Position numbers and translations under genes: made by a program. A model generated the notes under the pieces. That model made no database searches and had not been told where the DNA came from. It worked only from the letters and a program-made list of their open reading frames with translations. From positions 126,730,001 through 126,794,000 of the forward strand of contig CM059431.1 of NCBI GenBank assembly GCA_030390025.1: a stretch of 64,000 nt of DNA. Reading direction: 5' to 3'. The stretch is from Squalus acanthias. Lineage: Eukaryota. Of this stretch, positions 1 through 13,100 are shown in pieces; position 1 is the stretch's first letter, and every line of letters begins with the position of its first letter.

Positions 1-947
1 TTCCAAGTTTGCTGATTTCATGAAACTAGGTGGGATTGTGAGTTGTGAGGAGGATGCAAAGTGGCTTCAAGGCGATTTAGACAAGTTGAGTGAGTGGGTA
101 AATACATGGCAGATGCAGTATAAAGTGGATAAATGTGAAGTTATCCACTTCGGTAGGAAAAACAGAAAGGCAGAGTATTATTTAAATGGTGATAGATTGG
201 GAAATGTTGATGTACAGAGGGACCTGGGTGTCCTTGTACACCAGTCACTGAAAGCAAACATGCAGGTGCAGCAAGCAGTTAGGAAGGCAAATGGTATATT
301 GGCCTTCATTGCAAGAGGATTTGAGTACAGGAGCAAGGATGTCTTACTACAGTTATACAGGGCCTTGGTGAGACCACACCTGGAGTACTGTGTGCAGTTT
401 TGGTCTCCTTACCTAAGAAAGGATGTACTTGCCATAGAGGGAGTGCAGCGAAGGTTCACCAGACTGATTCCTGGGATGGCAGGACTGTCGTATGAGGAGA
501 GATTGGGTCGACTAGGCCTGTATTCACTAGAGTTTAGAAGAATGAGAGGGTATCTCATTGAAACGTATAAAATTCTGACAGGGCTAGACAGACTGGATGC
601 AGGGAGGATGTTTCTCCTGGCTGGGGGGGTCTAGAACGAGGGGTCACAGTATCAGGATACGGGGTAGGACATTTAGGACTGAGATGAGGAGAAATTTCTT
701 CCCTCAGAGGGTGGTGAACCTGTGGAATTCTCTACCACAGAAGGCTGTGGAGGCTAAGCCACTGAATATATTTAAGAAGGAGATACATAGTTTTCTGACA
801 CAAGGGGCATCAAGGTTGTATGGGGAGAGAGCGGGAATATGGTATTGAGATAGAGGATCAGCCATCATCATATTGAATGGCGGAGCAGGCTCGAAGGGCC
901 GAATGGCTTATTCATGCTTCTAGTTTTCTTTATTTCTATGTTTCTAT
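1..947 (+). mobile_element. CR1-type LINE, 3' part (RT C-terminus and 3' UTR), frameshifted near 630
   Basis: KFADxxKLGG, RDLGV, RPHLEYCVQFWSP, QRVVNLWNSLP motifs; tail GAATGGCGGAGCAGGCTCGAAGGGCCGAATGG...(TTTCTATG)n. Confidence 0.95.
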
Positions 948-950
948 CTA

Positions 951-1377
951 CTTTCATGACTACCGGATGTCCCAAAGTGCTTTACAGCCAACAAAGTACT
1001 TTTTTTTGGAGTGTAGTCACTGTTGTACTATAGGAAGCATGGCAGCCAATTTGCGCACAGCAAGTTGCCATAAACAGCAATGTGATAATGACCAGATAAT
1101 CTGTTTTAGCGATGTTGATTGAGGGATAAATATTGACGAGGGCACCGGGGATAACACCCCTGGTCTTCTTCGAAATAGTGCCATGGGATATTTTACGTCC
1201 ACCTGAAAGAGCAGACAGACCTCAGCTTAACGTCTCATCCAAAAGACAGCACCTCCAACAGTGCAGCACTGGAGTGTCAGCCTAGATTTTTGAGATCAAG
1301 GCTCATGGAGTGGGACTTGAACCCAAAACCTTCTGACTCAGAGGTGACTGGGCTATCCACTGAGCCACAGCTGACAC
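951..1377 (-). mobile_element. tRNA-derived SINE, SacSINE1/DeuSINE-like
   Basis: Minus strand starts GTGTCAGCTGTGGCTCAGTGG (A box) ... GGGTTCAAGTCCC (B box); body matches the copy at 21270-21735. Confidence 0.85.
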
Positions 1378-1518
1378 TGCTACTAAAGGATTTGGTTGCT
1401 GGTTGCTATGTGGCATTAGCCAGGTGGAAGTACTAGTAATGATCATTTATTCAGAAGAATTTTTTGTCTGTTCAATCTTTCTTAGTCAATTCCTATTTTT
1501 CGTCATACTTTTCACTTT

Positions 1519-1760
1519 AACATAAAATTTACAGCACAGAAACAGGCCATCAGCCTAGCTGGTCTATGCACGTGTTTATGCTCCACTTGACCCTCTTCCC
1601 ACCCTACTTCATCAAACCCTATTAACATATCCTTTTATTCCTTTCTCCCTTATGTACTTACCTAGCTTCTCCTTAAATGCATCTTAGCTATTCACCTCAA
1701 CTATTGCATGTGGCAGCAAGTTCAACATTCTAACTATTCTCTGGGTAAAGATGTTTCTGG
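1519..1760 (-). mobile_element. CR1 3' tail fragment (old)
   Basis: CATAAAATTTACAGCACAGAAACAGGCCAT resembles the minus-strand CR1 tail at 27120. Confidence 0.6.
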
Positions 1761-1837
1761 CTATTAGATCTAGGGGTTGTATTCCTTCATTGTTTTGTCT
1801 TTGCAACCAATCCCCCCCAACCCCCTGGAGACTATAC

Positions 1838-3099
1838 TCTTGGAGTTCTTTGAGGAAGTAACATGTGCTGTGGATAAAGGGGAACCGGTGGATGTACTGT
1901 ACCTAGATTTCCAGAAGGCATTTGATAAGGTGCCACATCAAAGGTTATTGCGGAAAATAAAAGCTCATGGTGTAGGGGGTAACATATTGGCATGGATAGA
2001 AGATTGGCTAGCTAATAGGAAACAGAGAGTAGGCATAAATGGGTAATTTTCTGATTGGCAAGATGTGTGCCACAGGGATCAGTGCTGGGGCCTCAACTTT
2101 TTACAATTTATATAAATTACTTGGTTGAAGGGACCAAAGGTATGGTTGCTAAATTTGCTGATGACACAAAGATAGGTAGGAAAGTAAATTGTGAAGAGGA
2201 CATAAGGAGGCTACAAAGGGATATAGATAAGTTTAGTGAGTGGGCAAAGATCTAGCAAATGGAGTATAATGTGGGAAAATGTGAAGTTGTCCATTTTGGC
2301 AGGAAGAATAAAAAAGAAACATATTATCTAAATGGTGAGAGATTGCAGAGCTCTGAGATGCAGAGGGATCTGGGTGACCTAGTGCATGAATCACAAAAGG
2401 TTACTATGCAGGTACAGCAAGTAATTAGGAAAGCTAATAGAATGTTATTGTTTATTGCGAGGGGAATTGAATACAAAAGTAGGGAGGTTATGCTTCAGTT
2501 ATACAGGGCATTGTTGAGACCACATCTGGAGTACTGTGTACAGTATTGGTCTCCTTATTTAAGGAAGGATGTGAATGCGTTGGAAGCAGTTCAGAGAAGG
2601 TTTACTAGACTAATACCTGGAATGGGTGGGTTGTCTTATGAGGAAAGGTTGGACAGGTTAGGCTTGTATCCACTGGAGTTTAGAAGAATAAGAGGTAACT
2701 TGATTGAAACATATAAGATCCTGAGGGGTCTGGACAGGGTGGATGTGGCGAGGCTGTTTTCTCTTGTGAGAGAATCTAGAACTAGAGGGTCACTGTTTAA
2801 AAATAAGGGGTCACCCATTTAAGACAGAGATGAGAAGAAATTTTTTCTCACAGAGAGTCGTGAGTCTTTGGAACTCTCTTCCTCAGAGGGCGGTGGAAAC
2901 AGAGTCTTTGAATATTTTTAAGGCAGAGGTAGATAGATTCTTGGTAAGCAAGGGGGTGAAAAGTTATCGGGGGTAGGCGGGAATGTGGAGTAATCAGATC
3001 AGCCATGATCTTATTGAATGGCGGAGCAGGCTCGAAGGGCCGAGTGGCCTACTCCTGCTCCTAATTCGTATGTTCGTATGTTCGTATGCATGTTCGTAT
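1838..3099 (+). mobile_element. 5'-truncated CR1 LINE, RT pseudogene
   Basis: LDFQKAFDKV, VPQGSVLGP, KFADD with stops; tail (TTCGTATG)n at 3065-3099. Confidence 0.95.
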
Positions 3100-3104
3100 C
3101 CTGT

Positions 3105-3470
3105 ATTATGAGAAGGAAGAAGAGGAGTATCAGGAAGAAAAAAGCAAGGAGGCCAAACACATCAGATTCTATGGCCATCCTCTGGCAGCTACCCACAGGT
3201 GCCCAGGCCACTGGTTTTGCAGATCCAAGCAGTCTTATCCGAACCTCATAGCTCACCAATGCTTTAGAAGGCTGCCGTCGGGACACGATATGCATGTGGT
3301 AAAAAGGACACCACCGTCTTTGGGCAGGTATCCTTGCCACCTGCTGGGAGATCAGGTTAAAACTGAAACCTATCAGCTCCTGGCAGCTTTAGATTAGATA
3401 AGTAACTTGAAGGATTTTAACTGCCCACTGGCCAAGTTTCCTCTAGGCAGTTAGGGTTAAAATCACCCTC
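3105..3470. mobile_element. Possible degenerate Harbinger-derivative remnant
   Basis: EEEE...HIRF resembles the Harbinger transposase C-terminus; TIR-like TTAAAATCACCCTC near 3457-3470. Confidence 0.3.
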
Positions 3471-4910
3471 AGGTCTTTATCCTTTAACTACTTAGATAGC
3501 ACAATTAACAGTTGACCCAGTATGTCTAAAGTGATTAGCCTAAAGGTTCCGCTGGTACTGCTGTGCTGCTGGAAGTGCGCAGTGTAGACTTTTGCCTGCC
3601 CATCTGATCTCAATGTGGCCCTGTCCCAAATCAAGGGAAAGGCTCTTTTAAACATTAGGGGCCAGAACCCACACTAGTACTCATGCAATACTGGGACACC
3701 CACCCCATGGACCCAGTGAGATTTCAGAGTGGCACCTTGCCACTCCATCAAGGCGGGCACAGGCTGGTCTAACTGAGAATCTGAAAGACAAAAATGTCCT
3801 TTGTTGCTGATCCTTCACTGGTGGATTCCATATGTAAATGACCATCAATGGCTGCATTCGCACCCCCTCTCCCCTGCACCCCCACCCCCCCACCCCCTGC
3901 AAATTAAGGTTTCTCCTGGAAGGAGTGGAAATGGGTTCTACCCCAACCTCCTGCCTATGCACCCCCTCACCAAGCCAGATTTCCACAGAATTTCTGTGTC
4001 ACTATTTTTAATTAATTTAATGTTTGGTAACTTTTGTATTGGTCTTTCTTCTGTTAGAGAAGAATCCATACTTTTTACTTGGTCGAATATATGCAGAAGC
4101 CATCACCATGTTAAAATCCTACAAACCAAGTACTGAGAAACAATGTTCCCTCTAAATTGTCTGTGTTGTGCGAGGCCTATTTATTTCAATGTGCCGTCCC
4201 CTTAAATTTCTGCCTGTGTGCGGTATTTCAAATGGATAAGCTTATGAGCGGCCTGTGTGATACCTTGCAGATTACTGCGCACGTGTGCAGCTTAGAGGGA
4301 ATATTGTTGAGAAGCCCATTTGCCTGGCATGGAATGCACACTCTTCCTCTCTATGGATACAGTCCTCTTACTGAAGTGGAGAGAAATTAAGCACAGTTTG
4401 GCCTGAGACAAGGCCTCATGCCCTCCAAGTGTGTCATGTAGCACTGTTAGAGCTTAACCAGCTAAAACCATGCATTATAGGCGCATACGGTACTGGCACC
4501 CTGAGTCAATCCCTTTTAAGGTCATCTATCGCATTCTTAATTACATTATGGGGGAAAAATTCAGTATCGCCCCGTTTGGGGCGCAATTATCGGCCGTGCG
4601 CCAAGTTTAGCGCCTGGCGCTAATTATCGCCTCCGACTGCAAACTTAGCTTTTATCGCCCCCGGAGTTGATTGGAGCGCTCAATCAGGTGCTACACACCT
4701 CTCTTAAGGCGCAAAGGCCGAGGAGCGAGGCGCTAACTCAGAGCGCGGGCGCAGCACAGGTGCTATCAGTTAGCGATGGAACACAGACACACTGGCGCCG
4801 GCCAGTTCTTGAAGGGGAGGGTCGATCTTGCTCTCCAGCCACACCCTGCTCATTGGAGCCTTGAATCTCGGCCTGGAGAGACCTGTGCCTAAATCTTGCA
4901 GCCAAGGACT

Positions 4911-6677
4911 ATGGAGAGGGCCAGGGAGCGAGCACAGCGCTTCAGCGAGCGGGCCTTGGAGGCTCAGGTTGGCGCGGTGGAACGCAGAAGATCAATACTG
5001 TACCCAGAGAATGGCAGGAGGCCTTTGCCGTGCGATTACAGAAGAGTGTGGAGGGAGGTGGCACAGAGCGTCTCCTCCAGAAGCATGGTGCCCAGGACCC
5101 ATATACAATGTAGAAAAAAGTTCAACGACCTCACTCGGGTCGTCAGAGTGAGTGGCTTTTTTTCAATACCTCTCCACCCCTCCATCTCAACCTCACTCTA
5201 TGGCCAGAAGGTCTTAAAACCCCAATGCCCAACACTCATCCAACACCTATGGCCCTCTCATGAAACACATATGCACATTCCACACTTTGCATACAAGTAA
5301 GGGCTATTCACCTATGGGAGGCACATCAGGCAAGACCATGGCTGTATATTTACTCAGACGCTGTCCTTTTTCTTGCAGGCTAAGCTATCTCATAATAGGA
5401 GACAGCAGCAACGGACGGGTGGAGGGCGGCCTCAGCTGCAAACCCTCAGCGATCTTGAGGAGCGCGTCCACAGGATTGTGGCAAGCCGGGTGATTGGTCC
5501 CGTCGCCACTAGAGAGACCGACCCCGTTCTGGACAGCAATGGTAAGGTCATCACATTTTTGTCCTCTCTCCTTCCACTTGTCCCTCACAACACCAGCCTT
5601 TGACACTTTCAATCCAACTTACTAAATCGCTGCACTCATTCCTCCCTTACTGCCACCCTGTCCTCACGCTAAAGCCACTCTTGTACCTCCCTGCTTTCAG
5701 ATGGTGATTCACCAGCTGAGGAGACGGGCCCTCAAGCTGCCAGTGGGAGTGAAGCTGCAGGCGAGGAGGAAGATGAAGCCGGAGCATCAGTGCCACCCTC
5801 TCCCGAGGAAGCCCATGCCCACACTGGGAATACGCCTTCCCTGGAGGGGAGCAGGGGGGAAGGGTCTGATGAGGGTGAAGCTCCAGGACCCAGCGGGCTG
5901 CAGCAATGTGATGGGGGTAGGGAAGCTCGGGGGCGTTCTCCCCGGAGGGAGAGTATGCCAGCGAGTCCTACTGCACTGGACGCAGAGGAGGAGCGGCTGA
6001 TCGCTGAAATGAACACCCAGGTGGTGGACATGCACACTGAGCTCATGGGTGCAGTGGGAAGGGTGCCCAAATGCATTGAATCACTAGCAAGGAGTGTAGA
6101 GCACTTCGCTGTAGCACAGGTGGATGCCACGCAAATGTTTAGTGCTGCAATTCAGTCACTGGCTGCCGTGACCCCATCTCTGACTGCTCTCATGCAGACT
6201 CAGATTGAGGCCACGCGAGCACTGACTGCTGCCATCCTCGCTGGTTCGGACACATTTCCCCGGGGCTCTCACCGCGCCGCAGCAGGCCAGCAATCTGTGC
6301 TCCAGCAGATTGCTCCGGATGCTGAAGTGCTGCCCCGTGGGAGTGCCAGTGTGTCGGTCGAGCAGGGAGTTGCTGTCCTCTCTCAAGATGACAGCATTCC
6401 TGCTGCCACCACTGTCACTTCTCCACTGCACTTGCCACCGCCTGTAGGACAGACTGCTGCCGCCCATGCAGAGTTGGTGCAGTCTACAGCCAGGCCCTCC
6501 AGGCCCAGAGCTGCTCGAGGCCATCCTTCAAGGGCATCTGCAGTCTCAGGTTCTGACAATCAGCAGCCTTCCAGCAGCCTTGCTGCAGCCACTGGGATCC
6601 CATTACGGAGGAGCAGTAGGGTGGGAAGGGGGGAAGTGCGCAAAGGAAGGAGATCACCCTCCAAGGGCAAAAAGTAG
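4911..6677 (+). CDS. Harbinger Myb/SANT-like DNA-binding protein (NAIF1/MSANTD-like), 3 exons: 4911-5147, 5379-5541, 5701-6677; 458 aa
   Basis: RFS...W..VA..V...RT..QCRKKFNDL trihelix, then RTGGG; GTGAGT/TTGCAG (phase 0) and GTAAGG/TTTCAG (phase 1) introns give one uninterrupted frame. Confidence 0.88.
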
Positions 6678-6971
6678 GAGCTTTGACAAAATGTTGGTCA
6701 TTTTTTTATTAAAGGCCAAGGTTCGTGGTCAAACTTTTGTTTAGTGTTTTGGACATTATCTCCAGGTTGTGAGAACCAGTTATGTTAATGACTGTTTTTT
6801 TGTGTTTCTTTCTATTAGTTTGTCATGAGGAAATGACACACACAGAGTTTGTAAAATAAATACGTTTTTGTTTGGTCTTTGGAATCATTGCTGCCTTGGC
6901 CAGCTTAGGGGTTGCGTGTTGGTTTCATTCATGTTGTTCTCAATGGCAGAAGCCATTTCCTCAGCAGGGGC

Positions 6972-8123
6972 CTAGAAGCGGCTTGCTATCAGCCGTTGAC
7001 GGACGGCCCTTCCAGTTTCTACATTGTGGGCCTCCCTCCCCCCTTGGTGCTGCTGATGATCATCCTCCTCCTCTTCCTCCTCCTCCTCTGGTGGTGCTCC
7101 AAGGCCTGGTGGCATTGGCTGGGTCCTGAGGATTGCCAGGTTATGCAGCATGCAGCACACAACAACGAAGAGGGAGACTCGCTCAGGCGAGTACTGCAGG
7201 GCTCCTCCAGAATGGTCCAGACAGCGGAATCGTTGCTTCAGCATGCCGATTGTGTGCTCAACGATGTTCCTGGTAGCTAGATGGCTCTCGTTGTCCCACA
7301 GCTCAGCAGGGGTGTTGGGCGTACAGAGCGGTGTCATCAGCCAGGTGCACAGTGGATATCCCTTGTCCCCGAGAAGCCAACCACCTGGGTGATGCGGTGC
7401 CTGGAAAAGTTCTGCCACAGTAGTCTGGCGCAGGATGAATGCATCGTGGCAGCTGCCAGGATAGTGGGCATTGACAGCGAGTATCAGCTGTCTGTGGTCA
7501 CAGACCAACTGCACCTTTAAGGAATGGAACCCCCCCTTTTGGTTGCGGAAATCCTCTGCATTCTCATGCGGAGCACGCAAAGCCACATGCATGCAGTCAA
7601 TGGTGCCCTGCACCATGGGGAAGCCCACTATCCTTGCAAAGCCCATAGCGCATTCATGCTGCTTGTCTGGGGTCATGGGGAAAGAGATGTACTCTCGTCT
7701 CCTTTTATAGAGGGCATTTGTGATCTGACGGATGCAGCAATGGACCGTGAACTGGGAGATATTGGTGATGTCCCCAGTAGCTGATTGAAATGAGCTGGTG
7801 GCATAAAATTTGAGAGCCACTGTGATCTTCACTGTCACCGACAGAGACATCCTGCTCCTCAGTTGAGGCTGCAGATCTGGCTGCAGCAGGTGGCAGAGCT
7901 TAGTGACCACCTCCTTGCTGAAGCGCAGCCTTCGCAAACACTGCTCCTCAGACATATTAATGTATGAGAATTGTTGGCGATATACCCTGGGAGAGTAAGG
8001 TCTCCTGTACAGAGGCCTATTGACCCTCCTCCATCTGGCCATGATTGCCACTCTCTCTCTGCATCTCTGTGGCCTCCGAGTCTGCTGGCGCAGGACGATG
8101 CCCCCAATTAGTGCAGCCCCCAT
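6972..8123 (-). CDS. Harbinger DDE transposase (HARBI1-like), 383 aa
   Basis: GTIDCMH, YPGSCHDAFIL, LLGDKGY, RNIVEHTIGMLKQRFRCL, CCMLHN; no stops; first good ATG at 8123. Confidence 0.93.
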   Translation of the reverse strand: MGAALIGGIVLRQQTRRPQRCRERVAIMARWRRVNRPLYRRPYSPRVYRQQFSYINMSEEQCLRRLRFSKEVVTKLCHLLQPDLQPQLRSRMSLSVTVKITVALKFYATSSFQSATGDITNISQFTVHCCIRQITNALYKRRREYISFPMTPDKQHECAMGFARIVGFPMVQGTIDCMHVALRAPHENAEDFRNQKGGFHSLKVQLVCDHRQLILAVNAHYPGSCHDAFILRQTTVAELFQAPHHPGGWLLGDKGYPLCTWLMTPLCTPNTPAELWDNESHLATRNIVEHTIGMLKQRFRCLDHSGGALQYSPERVSLFVVVCCMLHNLAILRTQPMPPGLGAPPEEEEEEEEDDHQQHQGGREAHNVETGRAVRQRLIASRF

Positions 8124-8227
8124 AGTCTCTTGGCAATCAAAGTAATGAACGTCAAAAACCAAAGTACCTGCAAATTTATGCTCAGTAGCCAAAACTACTT
8201 CACACAGCATTGACTTAATGCAGAAGT

Positions 8228-8266
8228 CTCTCTTTCTCTCTCTCAAAATCTCTCTCTCTCTCTCTC
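8228..8266. repeat. (CT)n/(GA)n microsatellite upstream of the transposase
   Basis: CTCTCTTTCTCTCTCTCAAAATCTCTCTCTCTCTCTCTC. Confidence 0.8.
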
Positions 8267-8843
8267 AGAACGAGTGGTGCAAAAATGTCTACCACAGAAA
8301 AAGCCAGGAAGAGGCCCCCTTTAAATAGCAACCCCCCAGCCCCACAGCGACTGGGAAGCGTTCCAGTCTACCATCGTTCATTGCGCCTGGCGGAAAGGAG
8401 GGGGGCGCCACTCAATTTCCATTCTGGGGCGCCCCAAGGGCGTTGCACGCTCAAATGACGTCAAGATCTGTGTGCGCCGGAGATTGGGGCGGTATTGTTT
8501 TGCGCTGCTGCAAAATGTCTGGTCAATTTCGCCAGAGGTGCAGATATCGCCGTGCCCGGGCGCTAGTTGCTTTGTGCCCCATTAGCGCCCTCTTAAGGCG
8601 CTAACGGGAGGCGCAAACCAACTGAATTTTTCCCCCTACAGTTTAAAATGGTAGATATGACTATGTAAGGTGAGAAGCCTTTTTTCAAAATTGTTGGAAA
8701 TGTAACATCTGCTGCAGCAGGGTGACATTTTTGAACACTGCTGAGATTGTCTTTCAAACTGCTATAATAGTGCTTTTAGTGTCTGGAAGCTTGTTTATGA
8801 AGAAAAGTTTCTTCAGTTCTCAATGATGACATTTTTCCTTTAT

Positions 8844-8966
8844 TAAAGAAAAAGAAAGACTTGCATTTATATAGCGCCTTTCACGACCACCGGACGACCA
8901 AAGCCCTTTACAGCCAATAAAGTACTTTTTGAAGTGCAGAGCGTAGTCACTGTTGTAATGTAGGAA
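8844..8966 (-). mobile_element. SacSINE1-like 3' tail fragment
   Basis: Reverse complement ends GGCGCTATATAAATGCAAGTCTTTCTTT, as in the 21270-21735 copy. Confidence 0.8.
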
Positions 8967-9251
8967 TTGTAATCAGTACATTAATGATTACAATTGAGGG
9001 GAATCTTCCATCCAGTTTATCTTCTAACCATACTGAATCATGTGGCAAACTAATGAGACAATATGGGAAAAAGCTATAAAGTGTTATAACTGTTTTCACT
9101 TTAGCACTAAACGGATGCTAAAATGCGGCAGCTGTTAATTGTCATCATTCCTAGTAGGAGCCTTTCTCATTATTATGCAATTATGCAAATCTGTATGTGG
9201 AGACTATCATTTAGTATATATTAACAGTTAACAAACCAGAGAGTAAACAAT

Positions 9252-10039
9252 GGCCCAGAATTTGCGATGGGTAATAACAGTGAACGAACAGCGTTTGCTG
9301 TTATTACCCTTTTGAAACTGACCGCAAGATTCAGGATGTAGCACATGCACATCCTAACGCCGACATCTTGAAATTGCAGTCAGTCATTCACAGCTCTGAC
9401 ACTGGCTGCACTGTGGCGCCCCCCGCCCCCTCCCACTACACACTGCCCACACAGCCGGTAATCTGTGTAATCTGTGAAATCAGGGAAACTGACGAAAACT
9501 TTCCCTTTTCTGCGGTAATTACGCTGTTAAATACCCCATTAAAATTTAGATCCTTTTGGATTAGGTGTAACTATGGTTTTAACTGCTGAACAAATGTTAT
9601 TGCCCTGAAAAACTAATTTTAATTTTGCGGAGTGTCAAATTTATCAATTTTAATGAAAATTAAAAATTTTAAGAAATTAAAAAAAATAGATTTTTTAACA
9701 AGTTCGTTCATCTTTATTTCAGATTTACCTTTTCCTCATATGAGAGCCCCAATGTTTGTTTTGCTGTCTATAACATTTTTAAAATGTTAGGATCAAAGGA
9801 GCTTACTCATATCCTTGTTCCCTGTCTGTGAGAATCCTGCATTTTGATGGGCTGCTTAAACAGCTGGTTGATGTCTCAACAGCTCATACTAGGGATTCCC
9901 CATTAACTCACGCTGATTTCAATTGCACATCAGAAAAGCTGCAGTTCTCGCCACAGTGATCGCGAGATCTTTGTAGGAAGCTTACTTCGGGGCCAGCGGG
10001 GAACACCTTTGCTTCACCACTGACCGCAAATTACGGGCT
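9252..10039. mobile_element. Harbinger-type MITE
   Basis: TIR GGCCCAGAATTTGCG / CGCAAATTACGGGCT; flanks AAT/ATT; no ORF. Confidence 0.65.
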
Positions 10040-10124
10040 ATTAAATGTTCTACATTTTTAATTCATTGAATAATATCTACTGAACAGGGTATTCCAGCCT
10101 TTACCAAAGTGGTGAAACACTTTT

Positions 10125-13100
10125 TCAAAATTTGTTCTCAGGGTGTGGACGATGCTGCCAAAGCCACACTTATTACTCACCTCTAGTTGTACTGAGAAGG
10201 TGTTGGTGGGCCAGTCCTTGTGCTGATGGCACTCCCACGATGTTGTTAGGTAGGGGAATTCCAGGATTTTGATCCTGCAATGATAAAGGAATGGCGATAT
10301 GTGTCCAAGTCAGGAATGATGTACGACTTGGAAGAGAAATTGGAGGTGAAGGTGTTCCCATGATCATACAACTCTTGTCCTTGGTGGTAGAGGTCACAGG
10401 CTGGGAGGTGCTTCTGAAGTACACTAAAGAGTTGCTGCACTACAGCCACAGCCAGTGGCAGAGAGGGGTTGATATTGAATCTAATGGCAGGAGCACTTAT
10501 CAAGCAAACTGCTCTATTCTGGATGGTGCCGATCTTCTTGAGTTTTGTGTGAGGGGAACTTGATGGTGTTCCCATGAAATTGTTGTTCTTGTCTTTCTCA
10601 GTGGTAGAAGCTATGGGTCTGTTGAAGAATGCTTTGTGAGTTGCTGCAGTGCATCCTTTAGATAGTAGATACTGCAGCTGTGGTGCGATAATGGTGAAAG
10701 GAGTGGATATTGTGTTCTATCACGTTCCTGACTTGAGGTTTGTAGAGGGGTCACAGGCAAGCAGAGTACTCAGTCTTGGCCCTGATGTTATAGCCACAGC
10801 GTTGCAATTAAGCTTCTGGTCAATGGTAACCACCAGGATTTTGATGGTGGGTAACTGAGGCCGGAATTTTCCGGGGGGTCAGCGGGCGGGATTGGTGGCA
10901 GGTCGGGTGGGAAATTTGATATTTTTGACAGTGGGTCAGGACCCCGTTGTTAACCCACCGCCATGCGCCTTTCCCGATGTCAGGTCTGTCAGCGCTGAGC
11001 AAATCCGACAGGCAGCGGCGGGCAACCTAATTCAGGTAATTAGTGACTTGTTTAGAGCCATTTAAGAATGATTTTCAGCTCATCTTTTGCATTTGACAGC
11101 TCGCCCACAGGGTCCACGCTGGTCGTGGACCACGTCTGTGAAGCTGAGGCGGGGGTTCAGTGGCCATTGAATCAGCTGTTGAGTTGACAGCTTCAAATGT
11201 ACAGTAAAAGCTCCCACCTTACAGGGATATCTTCCCTCAGCCACAAGCTCTTGCTCACTGCATTTCCACAACAGATTCACCATGCTGAAAGTCTTTACAC
11301 AAGTCTCCATCCAGTCTGACCTCATTACCTCTCTCACCATTGACAGATCGCTTCTGTCATCTCTACTTCACCTGACATCTATACCATCAGCATGGGTGCC
11401 CTTTATACTCTCTCACCTTGGTCCTCAGAATCCCACCACGATCAGCCACAACACCAGCAGCACCAGGCAAACCAGTAGCACCAACAATGACACCAACCTT
11501 CTCCGCAATCAACTGATGCTCCACAGGACAGAGGGCATCAGCACCCGACCAAATTGCTGCCCGGGAGGCCAGGGATGGCCTCACCATGGCCAGATTTACT
11601 TCACTTGATGCTTTACACCCTGGCTGTCACATGATGTGCCAAGTTGGCACCACTCCACACCAACACCATAAAGCATCCCTACAATACCCAAGCCATTCCT
11701 TTCACACTCATCACCATTGGGGGGTACCGTTATGTCTCACCATTCAGTGCAACTAACTGAGCCACTTCCAAAGGTGCACACAAATCTGTCCAAGAAAGCA
11801 AAGTGTTGAAAATAAAGGTTTCAATGTTTGACACCACAGTAACAGAAACTTCACATCAACATTGCATAAAACATCCAAGTGCCTACCCCTGTGTGTTGTT
11901 AGTTGGTATGATTGCACTAGGATGAGGGTGAGTGTGAGGGGTGGCTAGTGAGATGGGGATGCGATAATATAGATAGAGAGGGCTGGGTGGAGGTGCAAGG
12001 TAAGTTGGTGTGAGTAAGGATGTGCAGGAGTAGGGTAGGGAAGGCAGAGTGATGGGGATGTGATGAGAGGCACAGCAGGATGAGGTTGAGTGTGGCTTTG
12101 TACTAACGTTTTGTGATCTACTGAGATCATTGAAATGTTTGCGGCACTGCACCTGGTCCTCCTGACCACATCCCTACTTGTGCCCTCCTCTGCAATGTGC
12201 AACCAGGCTGTGTTGATCTCCCGGGAGGTCTCTTCCACCCATGGGAAGGGAAGAGGACCTCCCTGTGTGCTGTGACTCCCTCCTTAATTATATGGAGTGA
12301 GTCAAGGGAGAGTCTGGGTGCAGCCCTGTGCCTTTGTGCAGTCATTGTCAGTGTTTGCAGCACCTCAATGCTGTTGAACACTGACAGCACAAATGTGAAA
12401 ATAAATTTGGACATGGTCCTTTTAAAGAAATCAGCTGATGACGTGACATCAAATGACGTCACCAGACCCGCTTCCTCTAATTGGACAGGAAACACACTGG
12501 GCGGGCTTAACAAGCCCTATTAACAGAAATTCATTTCACAGAGTGAAATGGAGATAGCAGCAGGGTTGGGACCCGCCACCAACGTTGCCCGCCACGGACC
12601 CGCCGAGGTGAGCAAAATCCAAGTCTCAATGATGGTGGTGCTTTAAATTTCAGGGGAGTTGGTTGGGCTTTTCTTGTTGGAGATTTTGATTGCATGCTAC
12701 GAGTGGCCCAAGAATGGATCTTAACCAGGCCCTACTGTAGGATGGCATGGACTGCTTCATTATCAGAGGAGTTGTGAATGGATCTGAATTGTCAGCGAAT
12801 AGCCACACTTGGGACCTTATAATACAGGGAAGGTCATTGATGAAGCAGCTGAAGGTGGCTGGGCCAAGGACACTTCCCAGAGAAAGTAGCGCAGTGGTAT
12901 TCTGGGGCTGTGATGGTTTGCTCCAACAACCATGGCCACTATTTTTGTGTCAGATATGACTCCAGCCATTGGAGGGTTTTTTCCTTGATCACCATTGACT
13001 TCGGTTTTGCTAGGACTCATTAGTGTCATACTCAGTTGAAAGCTGCCTTGATTTTGAGGGCAGCTACTCTCTTGTCTCTTCTGGCATTTAGTTCTTGCCT

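Larger units (their letters stand above)
4550..8636. mobile_element. Full-length PIF/Harbinger DNA transposon, apparently intact
   Basis: Perfect 16-bp TIR GGGGGAAAAATTCAGT / ACTGAATTTTTCCCCC; flanks TAT/TAC; convergent Myb/SANT and DDE genes. Confidence 0.95.

Noticed and set aside
3065..3099. Short tandem repeats resembling a CRISPR or satellite array (also at 31860 and 60550)
   Set aside because: These are octamer tails of CR1 LINEs; there are no spacers or cas genes.
6972..8246. Domesticated host HARBI1 or NAIF1/MSANTD genes
   Set aside because: The genes are enclosed by TIRs and TSDs and have decayed relatives in the window, so they are transposon-borne. The ORF extension upstream of 8123 is probably 5' UTR.
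11392..11608. In-frame mini-transposase made by the shared deletion
   Set aside because: The junction is out of frame and the N-terminal part contains stops.
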